Of a stretch of 64,000 nt of DNA, positions 8,313-17,348 are shown piece by piece. This DNA comes from a virus (Duplodnaviria; Caudoviricetes), in the IMG/VR virus record IMGVR_UViG_3300024493_000235, positions 204,443-268,442 of that record. One strand, given 5' to 3'. The translations under genes were made by a program, and so were the position numbers. How positions within the stretch are numbered: position 1 is the first letter of the stretch; each line of letters begins with the position of its first letter. A model generated the notes under the pieces. The model did no database searches and had not been told where the DNA came from. It worked only from the letters and a program-made list of their open reading frames with translations.

Positions 8313-10201
8313 AGCGTCCGTGTATTAATGTCCCTCTGGTTAATAATACGGCCGCAATGCTTACATTTAACGCGCGGTATTTGATATGCAACAGAGAACC
8401 GCGTTATGTAGTTTATAATCTCCTTCTCAAACTGTTTCTTTTCATCAGGAGAGATATCGGCGATGGCTTTATCGATAGCCTCTACGCGCGTATCGAGGAA
8501 GTAGTTTGCCTCACCGGTTTGATTATAGTGTTTGATATCGATAATACCGACACCACGAATATATCCGGCATAAATCATGTCATGATAGAAGTCGTTTACA
8601 ACTTCTTCTTTTTTGCCCTTAAACGAATTCTCAAGGAACTCAAAGATACTCGGAGTGCGAGCCCTGAAGAAGCGACGGCCTTTCTCAATAAAGATGTCCA
8701 AGGCCGACCATCTTTGTGTCAACGCTTGAATCCTCTTTGGATCCCATGCCATCGGATTGTTGAGTATATCAGAAATTTGTTGTTGTGCGATACTGCCAGG
8801 AGGAATACATGCCAAAGTGTTTGTATCTATTTGTACGGATATATTCTTTCCGCAGAAGTTACAATCAAATGTAAAAGGTGTTTTTGAAGGATATGTGGCG
8901 TGATACAGGCCAAACATGAATGTCTGAAGGTCCGAATATGCTGTTGCATTCATCCATTGCTGGAATGTAAGGGCACCGCAAGAGAACTCGGAAAGTTTTG
9001 AATATATGGCGTTACATATGGCCATTTCGTACGCATATGTATTATCGTTTCCTTCTCTTCGTCCAAATGTACGAAGTTCACGAGAATTGAACGGTTTTAC
9101 CATACACGAATATCCTGATTGAACAGCGACAATCTGTACTTTCCTCAATCCGTCAAGAATGTTTTGTTCAAGTTCAACTTGTCTCATCATATAATCAGGA
9201 ATTGTTGAAGCTTCGACAACTGTCCGCTTTGAGATATCGATTTCTTTGCCTTGCAGTTTCTTAATTTCTGCAGTGCTCGCTTCAAATATCTTATAGTGTG
9301 TTGTCGTATAATCATTCAATTCGATTACTTGGACATCATTAAGCTGTTTTGAAGTTGTGAGATATCCGTTGTTGTCTTTTTCCAACTCTTCAAGTTGTCT
9401 CTTGTTTGCTTCTTCTTCCGTGATACTTTCAACGTATGTGCCTGGTTCAGCTTTATCATTCACATTTTCAAGCGGAATATCTTTATTGGCATCGGCTTTT
9501 TTGACTTCTGTATCTTCTACAGTTTGAGTCATTATATTATCAGAGATATTTGTTTCTCGCCATGAAAGTTCAACATTTTGTGCCGCTTCTTGTGTATTTG
9601 CTTGTGGAGCTTCGGCTGTTGGCGGATTTTCAGAAACTGGCGGTGCTGGGGGTGGAGGCGTGTCAGTAACTGGTTGCGATTCTATCGGAGGTGTATTGGG
9701 TTTCGTTGTTGCATCGTCTACATTTTGTGGAGGTACAGAAGTATCACTTTCTTCACCCGGTATAAATGATTGCACAACACCTTTTTCATTTTCAGGAATA
9801 ACCTCCGCATCCTCCGTAGTTGTAAACTGATCCGGTTTCTCTATTACAGTTGGCTGTTTTGCCGTCTGTAAAGCATCGTTGATTGTATCAAGTGAATGTG
9901 ATAAACCGTTAGGCGCTTCGACCTTCGGAATTGGAACGGCATCATGTGCCACTTCAGGAGGTGCTGAACGCACTTCTTCCTTTGGCTTTCCGTCAGATAC
10001 AGGCGGCGGATCCCTTTGAGCTTCGGGATCTTCAAGTCTGTGTCCGACTTCATTTTGTACGATTTGTTGTGGGCGATCCTGATTTTTTTCATTCAGTTTT
10101 TGAAGTTCTTGCTGCTTTCTTTCTTCCGCTGAAATGGATCCAGGTATATTTACACCAGAATCAAAATTAACCATCGGCGGGATTCCATTATTCTCAGTCA
10201 T
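8279..10201 (-). CDS. Baseplate hub/tail assembly chaperone-like protein (T4 gp26-like C-terminal domain, disordered N-terminus)
   Basis: Pro/Glu/Gln-rich N-half; C-half with CNFC and CKHC pairs and LFF near the end; same operon as a gp25-like gene. Confidence 0.5.
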   Translation of the reverse strand: MTENNGIPPMVNFDSGVNIPGSISAEERKQQELQKLNEKNQDRPQQIVQNEVGHRLEDPEAQRDPPPVSDGKPKEEVRSAPPEVAHDAVPIPKVEAPNGLSHSLDTINDALQTAKQPTVIEKPDQFTTTEDAEVIPENEKGVVQSFIPGEESDTSVPPQNVDDATTKPNTPPIESQPVTDTPPPPAPPVSENPPTAEAPQANTQEAAQNVELSWRETNISDNIMTQTVEDTEVKKADANKDIPLENVNDKAEPGTYVESITEEEANKRQLEELEKDNNGYLTTSKQLNDVQVIELNDYTTTHYKIFEASTAEIKKLQGKEIDISKRTVVEASTIPDYMMRQVELEQNILDGLRKVQIVAVQSGYSCMVKPFNSRELRTFGRREGNDNTYAYEMAICNAIYSKLSEFSCGALTFQQWMNATAYSDLQTFMFGLYHATYPSKTPFTFDCNFCGKNISVQIDTNTLACIPPGSIAQQQISDILNNPMAWDPKRIQALTQRWSALDIFIEKGRRFFRARTPSIFEFLENSFKGKKEEVVNDFYHDMIYAGYIRGVGIIDIKHYNQTGEANYFLDTRVEAIDKAIADISPDEKKQFEKEIINYITRFSVAYQIPRVKCKHCGRIINQRDINTRTLFFETKSRKGF

Positions 10202-10231
10202 ATTTCCTCCTTACAGAAATACATATTAGTT

Positions 10232-10825
10232 TTATAATACCACTGCTGCGACTTCTGAATCTTCAGGCGGAGCAAATGGATCTTGATTATTTTTCGGTTT
10301 TGGCGGTTCTTTTGTCATAGTTGTAAAAATCGGAGCATCTTCTGGTGGAACAGCGATTCCTTGTAAGAAAGGATTTCCAGGTTGTGTTGGAACTTTTTGA
10401 TGTCCGCTGGTGTAATCGATCCCGCTTTGAGGAATTGCAATTCCTTCTCTTCTAGCCAAATTCAATATCCCTCTTTCTTGCGCATTTAAAGGTCTTTGTT
10501 GTCCTTGTCCTTTCTGTTTCATACCGTTATTAACGTGTGCTTGATTATTTTTCATCATTGCAACGTACATCCTTTGCCGATTTAAAGCATCCTGTTTCAC
10601 ACTATCAGGAATATTTGGATCATTTTTCATTCTGCTTAAGTTTGGAGCTTCCTTTGCGGCTTGTATAAGAGCAGATTGCATGTCTGCAAATTCTTCTTTC
10701 GAATAAGGAACACCATCCATTTTTACTTTTCCAGAATGAATTTGATTTAAAGGATTGTCAGGGTCTCCCATTACTTGTGCTTGAGTTTGGGAAAGCATTT
10801 TTTTGTAATCATCTATCGTAGGCAT
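10232..10825 (-). CDS. Hypothetical protein (Gln/Pro-rich)
   Basis: 197 aa, AAGGAG RBS. Confidence 0.75.
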   Translation of the reverse strand: MPTIDDYKKMLSQTQAQVMGDPDNPLNQIHSGKVKMDGVPYSKEEFADMQSALIQAAKEAPNLSRMKNDPNIPDSVKQDALNRQRMYVAMMKNNQAHVNNGMKQKGQGQQRPLNAQERGILNLARREGIAIPQSGIDYTSGHQKVPTQPGNPFLQGIAVPPEDAPIFTTMTKEPPKPKNNQDPFAPPEDSEVAAVVL

Positions 10826-10840
10826 GTATTTCTCCTTAAA

Positions 10841-11320
10841 TTATGCGACATGGCTTATGAAAGGTGTTTTATCGATAGACACGTCTTTAACGTGTAATCG
10901 ACCATTACTTGCAGATCCGTCCCATTTTATCACAGTTCCGGTTTTCAGTTCTATCGATATTTTACAATCCTGAGATCCGTCCGATGTCGGAGCACGTGTA
11001 GAGGGAGCTATTTCAAAATGTACACCGGTGATAAATCCTTTTTCAATGAATCTATCTCCTAGCCACATAATATCATTTTGGATTCTTTCTGTTACCCTGT
11101 CTATTTCACTTATTATCCCACCATCGGAAGCTTTTTCAGCAAATTGTATCGATGACGTGTCTAATCCGCAATCAGGGCAATCCTGCATAGTCCCAGGTCT
11201 CATATTAAGCATATTTGAAAGAGCTAATATTTTATATCCTTCTCCGTATGGGTCATTTGTTTCAAGCATGCCATTAAATTTTCCAAACTTATAACGAAAG
11301 TCTATCACTCCTTGGGCCAT
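10841..11320 (-). CDS. Baseplate wedge protein, T4 gp25-like
   Basis: LNMRPGTMQDCPDCG resembles the gp25 LxTxPGER..PxFG motif; start moved to ATG 11320 behind AAGGAG. Confidence 0.5.
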   Translation of the reverse strand: MAQGVIDFRYKFGKFNGMLETNDPYGEGYKILALSNMLNMRPGTMQDCPDCGLDTSSIQFAEKASDGGIISEIDRVTERIQNDIMWLGDRFIEKGFITGVHFEIAPSTRAPTSDGSQDCKISIELKTGTVIKWDGSASNGRLHVKDVSIDKTPFISHVA

Positions 11321-11351
11321 ACTCAATCTCCTTGATACGAAATATGTGAAA

Positions 11352-11373
11352 AACATTTCATTAATAGATTGTT
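11352..11373. promoter_or_regulatory. Two divergent AACA-N6-TA promoters sharing one TA
   Basis: AACATTTCAT-TA-ATAGATTGTT between divergent genes. Confidence 0.7.
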
Positions 11374-11420
11374 GTTGTTCTAAAAAATAGTGAAAAATTT
11401 CTATAAAAAAGAAGGAAAAT

Positions 11421-12227
11421 ATGAAAATTCCTAATGTAAAGGTATTTAAATGTCCTATTTGCAAGAGATCGTTCTCATCAAAGCAAGCTGTGTACACCCA
11501 TATGTATAAAGAACACTCCGATGAAATACCCGACGGCATGAGTGCCGCACAGTACGCTTTTAATCTTCGTAATAATAAAGAATACGGTCTTTGTGTCCAA
11601 TGCAAAGTTGGAAAAACACCTTGGAACGAAGAAGCCGAAAGATATGATAGATTCTGCTGTGAAGAATGCAAAAACGCATATGTCGCAGAAGCTAAAAGAC
11701 GAATGGTTGCTAAGTATGGGAAAGAGCATCTTTTAGATGATCCAGATCATCAACAGAAGATGATGAATAACAGATCAATCTCAGGTGTTTATGTTTTTGA
11801 TACAGATAAAATCGCCGTAAAGTACAACAGCCAGTATGAATATGATTTTTTGCGTCATCTTAATTTAGGACATGGATGGCTTGGAAAAGATATCGTCCAA
11901 TGTCCGTTTGCATTTGAGTATGTACACGACTGTAAGAAAAAGTTATATATTCCAGATTATTGGATTATATCTTTGAACGCCGTTATCGAAATTAAGTCGT
12001 ATCAGAATAAGCACCATAAGATTCTTGAAGTTGATGTCGAGATGGAAAAATTAAAAGACGCCGTGATGGAAGAACAAACACAATATAACTACATTAAAAT
12101 TGTAGATGAAAAATACGTGTCTTTTTCTTTTTTTGTAAAACTCATTCAAGATTTATACTGGGATTGTAAAGATCCCGACATTCAACCTGAAGTTGCTGGA
12201 ATTAAAATAATTCCGCCAAGGAGTTAG
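11421..12227 (+). CDS. Zn-finger plus PD-(D/E)xK (TnsA-like) nuclease
   Basis: C2H2 finger CPIC...HMYKEH; YNSQYE...YIPDY...IEIK catalytic pattern. Confidence 0.7.
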   Translation: MKIPNVKVFKCPICKRSFSSKQAVYTHMYKEHSDEIPDGMSAAQYAFNLRNNKEYGLCVQCKVGKTPWNEEAERYDRFCCEECKNAYVAEAKRRMVAKYGKEHLLDDPDHQQKMMNNRSISGVYVFDTDKIAVKYNSQYEYDFLRHLNLGHGWLGKDIVQCPFAFEYVHDCKKKLYIPDYWIISLNAVIEIKSYQNKHHKILEVDVEMEKLKDAVMEEQTQYNYIKIVDEKYVSFSFFVKLIQDLYWDCKDPDIQPEVAGIKIIPPRS

Positions 12228-12228
12228 C

Positions 12229-12906
12229 ATGCTGACAGTAATAACAAAAAATCTCTTTAAAAAGCCAAAAAAAATAACACTTGCAAGAGCCATTCAAATA
12301 ATTGAAATGGAAGACCCGTATATCACAACAGATTGGCATCTTGGAAAGTTTATTAACAAACAACAGACAGAAGCTTCTTATCAGGAATATATCGAAAAGA
12401 CAAAGAAAATGATTGACAGACTTCAAAAAGCTGTAAAACCTGGAAAACCGATGTTGTGTCTCGGAGATATTACAGAAGAAGAGATGTATGACGAAGATTT
12501 GATTAAATGGCTTTACAACACCGTTGTTACGATACATGGAAGTCCAAAAATTTTAATAAAAGGAAACAACGATATTTTCGATGATGAATTTTATTATAAG
12601 CTCGGATTTGAATATGTGACAAAAAGAAATATCGTATCCGATAAACTTCGAATAGTTTTTTCTCATGAGCCTGTGTCTATAATAGACATGAAACTCTCCG
12701 AAAAGGATTGGCTTAATTTGCACGGACACAGTCACGGATCCGGTAAATTATACAACATGCAACCAGGGGATGCTAATTGTCATTTGGATGCTTTTCCGGA
12801 TTACAATTGGCAAGGCGTTCAAAAACTCTCGTACTATCTTAGCATGTTTCGCGCACATCCTGAAAAGTATAAGTGCGACGTTATTTATAAATACGGGTGG
12901 AATTAA
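12229..12906 (+). CDS. Calcineurin-like metallophosphoesterase
   Basis: DWHLG, LGD, GNND, SHEP and HGHSH motifs. Confidence 0.85.
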   Translation: MLTVITKNLFKKPKKITLARAIQIIEMEDPYITTDWHLGKFINKQQTEASYQEYIEKTKKMIDRLQKAVKPGKPMLCLGDITEEEMYDEDLIKWLYNTVVTIHGSPKILIKGNNDIFDDEFYYKLGFEYVTKRNIVSDKLRIVFSHEPVSIIDMKLSEKDWLNLHGHSHGSGKLYNMQPGDANCHLDAFPDYNWQGVQKLSYYLSMFRAHPEKYKCDVIYKYGWN

Positions 12907-12917
12907 AGGAGACACAC

Positions 12918-14081
12918 ATGAAAAGCTTGGATGATTATATTCCAAAAATCCCTATGGGTCTTGATGACAACGTTATTGATGTAGAAGACAATATTTCATA
13001 CGAGATTGTCAACGCCCTTTCTGAATTACATTGTACAACATCGGATTTGTTACAAACAGAATCCGAACTGGTTTTAAGATATATTTCAGACGAATATGGT
13101 ATATCGTTTGAAAATGTCGATGCGGATATCGGCATACAAATAGGGATAAAGCCTTCAAGAGATCCGCATACAGGAACACCGAATGTCCTTGATGTCAAAA
13201 TCAATTCAAGGGTCGGATTCTTTGAGTCTTTGGCAAAAAAGATGCGGGATTTGGCGCTACGAGTTGCAACCGCTATTCGTAACTTTTTTGTATCAATCCA
13301 TCATTTTTTTCAATCCAAAATTAGCAAAGTGGACAATATGCTTTTACATGCTAATTTTTCTATCGTTGATAAATATTACAGCGATACATCAAAATCTTGT
13401 AAGATAAAACTTACAAAGTATATGATAAATGATCCTATTGCTGAATACAAAAAAGATCAAGACGTATTGCGTCTTGCAGTTCCAAGATTAAAAGATGCAA
13501 TTATTACCCTTGTTGATCATATCGAAAATCCTATTACACTGCAAGAAAAAACTGGAAGTAAAAGTGATATGTACGTCACATACCAAAGAGACAGGGATGA
13601 AATCCAAACTCTATTTGATGAAATCTTTGGAAAGCTTGCAGGGCCTCACGTTAATCTCGAAATGATTCATGAAATGAATATCGCACGTGTTATTCGGCTT
13701 AAATACTTTGGAGATAAGAAAACCTCTGATATATTTGAAGTTCGAGATGTTATTCCAAATAAAGAAGTATTTGATACCATAACTTCTGATAATGCGTATC
13801 ATTCATTTAAGAATTTATTCAAACAATCCGATGAATGTCTTGAAATCGCATTGAAAGTCGCTAACAGGTTTAACAAAAGCCTCAGGATGATGTATAATTC
13901 TCCTTCGACTGTATATACAGAAATACAAGGAGTTATACTTAAATTTCGAGGTCTTCTTACAGCTTTATTGTACACGAATATCGCATATTGGGAATTATAT
14001 TTTTCAATACGACAGAATGCTTTGGCAGCCCTTCGTGCAATCATAAGAGACGATGTTGAAAAACAAGTTTCAAACAAATAA
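12918..14081 (+). CDS. Hypothetical protein, possibly an inner virion protein
   Basis: 387-aa helical ORF, AAGGAG RBS. Confidence 0.65.
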   Translation: MKSLDDYIPKIPMGLDDNVIDVEDNISYEIVNALSELHCTTSDLLQTESELVLRYISDEYGISFENVDADIGIQIGIKPSRDPHTGTPNVLDVKINSRVGFFESLAKKMRDLALRVATAIRNFFVSIHHFFQSKISKVDNMLLHANFSIVDKYYSDTSKSCKIKLTKYMINDPIAEYKKDQDVLRLAVPRLKDAIITLVDHIENPITLQEKTGSKSDMYVTYQRDRDEIQTLFDEIFGKLAGPHVNLEMIHEMNIARVIRLKYFGDKKTSDIFEVRDVIPNKEVFDTITSDNAYHSFKNLFKQSDECLEIALKVANRFNKSLRMMYNSPSTVYTEIQGVILKFRGLLTALLYTNIAYWELYFSIRQNALAALRAIIRDDVEKQVSNK

Positions 14082-14093
14082 AGACAAAGAAAA

Positions 14094-14126
14094 TAATGCA
14101 GGGTGGCTAACAGCCACCCTGCATTA
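14094..14126. terminator. Strong terminator hairpin
   Basis: TAATGCAGGGTGGCT-aac-AGCCACCCTGCATTA, 15-bp stem. Confidence 0.8.
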
Positions 14127-14203
14127 AAGAGGTGATAATCTCTCCATATTATATCTCCCCAGGCCCAACCAACACATATGATTTAGGAGAGTCTATATAT
14201 GGC

Positions 14204-14645
14204 AAAAATAAAAGCGGCAGGGGCAATCTGGCCCCTGCCGCCCGGCGGATCTGCAGCCCGATTCGGAATATAAATCCCGGACCGGTTTTCTTTAGTCTGC
14301 TAGATTGCGCCACTCTGAACCGCCGCGATTAAGCGGCAGTTAATAAAAATGACATGCAGGGCTTAGCATTGGCATGGCGTACCACATTATAATAGAGGCT
14401 TGCCGCCGCGGGAACAAGCCCGTGGCGGTGCATACTATAATGCGGGTTTTTAATCAGCGCCGGTTAGACGGGGTAACGGTTTTATCCATAATCCGCGGTA
14501 GTCGCCTTTGCATTTATCGCCCTACTGGGATGCCTTTTCCCGGATATTCTTTGGGAAGCGCGGCAGCTTTCCGCGCGACCTTTATCCCGGATCGCCGTTG
14601 CTAGCAAACGACAAGGCATTTTACATGGAACATGTCATCTTCACT
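14204..14645 (-). ncRNA. Large GC-rich structured RNA of unknown class
   Basis: Class I promoter motif at 14652-14661, terminator at 14204-14241, many stems with G-U pairs favouring the minus strand, no minus-strand ORF of 60 aa or more. Confidence 0.7.
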
Positions 14646-14688
14646 ACATAGATGATATATACGTAAAAACATTTTTGTTTCACGTATA

Positions 14689-15123
14689 TTATCCTGAAGC
14701 GTAACCGTTATTGAAAAACCAATTTGATATTGTACAAGCTATGATTGGACTTGTTTCATGGTTTATAAAGTTTACAATAATCGGTGTACACCTTGGAACA
14801 ATCGGATGCTCGATTTTCTTCGATTCATAAATGTGGATACGCATAGATTCATGCACGATTTTACTCGGCGTTGTAAGCTGTATCAAGACTGTACAACCTA
14901 TAAGTCTTGATTTGTCAAGATCACTTATTTCAGGTTTCATGATCTTTTTTGTCACGACTCTTGTTTCATTCGAGTATCTTGTCATTGCGTATATAGTTGT
15001 TTCTCCCATTTGAAAAGCTTCGTTTGGGATATTAGTAATACGATCCGCCAAGTGTTTGACTGGATCCGGCTTATAAAAGTCGTGACTTGTAAGAATTTTG
15101 CATTGTGTCATTATTGGGTTCAT
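14689..15123 (-). CDS. Hypothetical protein
   Basis: Last gene of an overlapping operon. Confidence 0.65.
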   Translation of the reverse strand: MNPIMTQCKILTSHDFYKPDPVKHLADRITNIPNEAFQMGETTIYAMTRYSNETRVVTKKIMKPEISDLDKSRLIGCTVLIQLTTPSKIVHESMRIHIYESKKIEHPIVPRCTPIIVNFINHETSPIIACTISNWFFNNGYASG

Positions 15124-15893
15124 TGTCTTATATACCCTCGTATATCCTTGATATCGTGAAAGATATTTTCACGAGTTAGGAAATCTTTAGGAAGAATATC
15201 CTGCCAGCATGATTGTTCTGCTGTTAAACATCTTATATCATTAGGAGATATTTTCCATCCTCCGTAAGTTCCATCTACATACAGTGGATTTATCATCATT
15301 TCCATGTCGCTTATAAGCACGTTCTCCGCAATTTCTCTTTTTGTTAGATCTGTTTCGGGATCGCCGTCAGCATCGTATAACGCATAATACATCACCATAG
15401 GGCATGATGCTATCATAAACGATTCATGTACAGCATTAAAGATTGCCTTACGTGCATACATAGAGAATACCAAAGCTTTATTTTGGTTATCTTGAAGTTT
15501 TGTTCCGCTTGAGTATCCTGTCAATTTAAGAAGTGCGAATGCGCTACAAAAGACTGCATAATATGCCTCTTGGATGAACGAGCATTTGAACGGTGTATGT
15601 ATAACTTTATTGTATCTCTCTTCAAATGTTGAGCTCACTACATTTCGACGTAACTGTATGGGGTTTATGTATATAGCTCCATGTTTACTGTCTTCAAGGT
15701 TGTTATTTGCATATGGAGATATTATAACAGGTTCAAGGTGTTGGTATTCCGATACGTCTCTTGTAATTTTTCTGTCCATGAGCATGTATATGGCGTTTGA
15801 GGCTGCCGTCACATACTGCTCCCAAAGTTTTGCTTGCTGAGAGTGCAATATTTCCATACGTTTTCTCACATATTCATTTATGCTATAACGCAT
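15120..15893 (-). CDS. Hypothetical protein, paralog family A (distant member)
   Basis: IISPY and EAYYAVF motifs shared with neighbours. Confidence 0.7.
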   Translation of the reverse strand: MRYSINEYVRKRMEILHSQQAKLWEQYVTAASNAIYMLMDRKITRDVSEYQHLEPVIISPYANNNLEDSKHGAIYINPIQLRRNVVSSTFEERYNKVIHTPFKCSFIQEAYYAVFCSAFALLKLTGYSSGTKLQDNQNKALVFSMYARKAIFNAVHESFMIASCPMVMYYALYDADGDPETDLTKREIAENVLISDMEMMINPLYVDGTYGGWKISPNDIRCLTAEQSCWQDILPKDFLTRENIFHDIKDIRGYIRQ

Positions 15894-16596
15894 AATTAGA
15901 ATCTATGGCGTCAGTTGACCTAGGTCTTGCCATCATTTTTAACTCCTCGATATATCCAGACATTTTATCGTCTAATACATCAAACTGTGTGGGATTATCT
16001 CTACATGCATATTTTAATTTTGTGAAATGCTCAATCCAAAAATCGTATATGATAAACAATGAAGGCTGGTACCCTTCTGCTAAGAAGTTATTAAATGATC
16101 CTCCTGAGAACATCGGTCGCAAGATATCGTTTTCTATAAGAGAGAAGATGGCCTGCGATTTATCTCCAACTTGAGGGTTAAGATATATCTGGGGCACTAC
16201 AGAGTTTAAGAATTGATAGATGTATGCTTTCACTTCATGTATGAAGAACGTGATGCGATTATAACTTAAATCGTTAACTTCTGACATCTCAGAACACCAA
16301 GCAGCACATAACATCGCAAAATATGCCTTCTGTAAGTTTGTCGCATTTTTATTTTTATCTCTTATCGAAAGATACGTGCTTTTATAGTTCCTTCCTGTCG
16401 ATATTCTGTACAAATACGTTTTAGGAATATGCGATAACCCACCAAAACTCGATCCGTCATACTGAAGAAACGGAGATTCTATTATTCCTGTTACAACGAT
16501 ACTTCCGCCTAAATCAAGCATCACTTTACTATCAATGCACATGTACAATACTTTTGTAAGTTTTTCCATTATAGAATGGATCATCATTTGGTCCAT
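15883..16596 (-). CDS. Hypothetical protein, paralog family A (distant member)
   Basis: IIESPF and KAYFAMLCAAW motifs; class I promoter and AGGAGG RBS. Confidence 0.75.
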   Translation of the reverse strand: MDQMMIHSIMEKLTKVLYMCIDSKVMLDLGGSIVVTGIIESPFLQYDGSSFGGLSHIPKTYLYRISTGRNYKSTYLSIRDKNKNATNLQKAYFAMLCAAWCSEMSEVNDLSYNRITFFIHEVKAYIYQFLNSVVPQIYLNPQVGDKSQAIFSLIENDILRPMFSGGSFNNFLAEGYQPSLFIIYDFWIEHFTKLKYACRDNPTQFDVLDDKMSGYIEELKMMARPRSTDAIDSNYAL

Positions 16597-16679
16597 ACAA
16601 GTGCCTCCTTTATAGTGATATTATATATAGTTATAACAAAAAATAAACATCACGGGATTTATAGAAATTTCCCGTGATG

Positions 16680-17348
16680 TTAGTATGGAATATCGGTAGT
16701 TGGATTCTCATCTAGCACTTCTTTCATTCCTATACCAAAGGATCCGTAAATTCTTGAAAAACAGAGAATTTGATCGAACAATTCTTCTATAAACGAAGCT
16801 TGATCACAATGCTGCCCATACATTGAAAGAAGGGATTCGACTAAGAGATCCGCATTCGCGTTTAGACTATGCATACACCATGCAAGTTTGTTTCCATACT
16901 CCTTAATATTAGGGTGTATTTCAAACCATGCTTGTAGTATTGCAATATAGTATATCATTGCAGCGTACGCATAAGCTTGCGCATCAAGATCTGTTCCATG
17001 TACTTGCTCATACGAGTGCATAAAGTTGTCGAATATGTTTTTCATCCTTGTTTCAAAATCATCCGTGAAGGAAAGTCTTTGTATCGCTACGAACGTTGTG
17101 TTTAAAACAGGATTTTCTTTTAACAATTTTTCATGGAGTATTATATTCGGATCATTAATAACTACGTCATTCGAACTCGGCACAACAAAACTTTCATAAG
17201 GGTTTTCAACCATTTGAAGATTGAACACCTTCGAATGATTTCTCTCTTTAGAGAATTTTGTTTTAATGTTATACCGTGTATCATTTAGGATAAAGTTTGT
17301 GATGTGTTCTACGACATATTGTTTATTGATCGTGGAATACGTCTCCAT
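16680..17348 (-). CDS. Hypothetical protein, paralog family A
   Basis: MVENPY and AYAAMIYYIAILQAW motifs. Confidence 0.7.
   Translation of the reverse strand: METYSTINKQYVVEHITNFILNDTRYNIKTKFSKERNHSKVFNLQMVENPYESFVVPSSNDVVINDPNIILHEKLLKENPVLNTTFVAIQRLSFTDDFETRMKNIFDNFMHSYEQVHGTDLDAQAYAYAAMIYYIAILQAWFEIHPNIKEYGNKLAWCMHSLNANADLLVESLLSMYGQHCDQASFIEELFDQILCFSRIYGSFGIGMKEVLDENPTTDIPY

Noticed and set aside
10841-11671. 276-aa version of the gp25-like ORF
   Set aside because: The extension overlaps the divergent gene and the promoter pair; the RBS supports ATG 11320.
14132-14604. Plus-strand ORFs 14132..14332 and 14374..14604
   Set aside because: They cross strong hairpins, lack good RBS or promoter support and have atypical composition; they are probably by-products of high GC.
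14204-14645. tmRNA, RNase P, SRP, T-box or group I intron identity for the GC-rich island
   Set aside because: No tRNA-like ends, no GAGGAAAGUCC and no SRP domain IV motif. GUGGUACGCC is only a partial T-box, and CAGACUA has no downstream UAGUC partner for P7.
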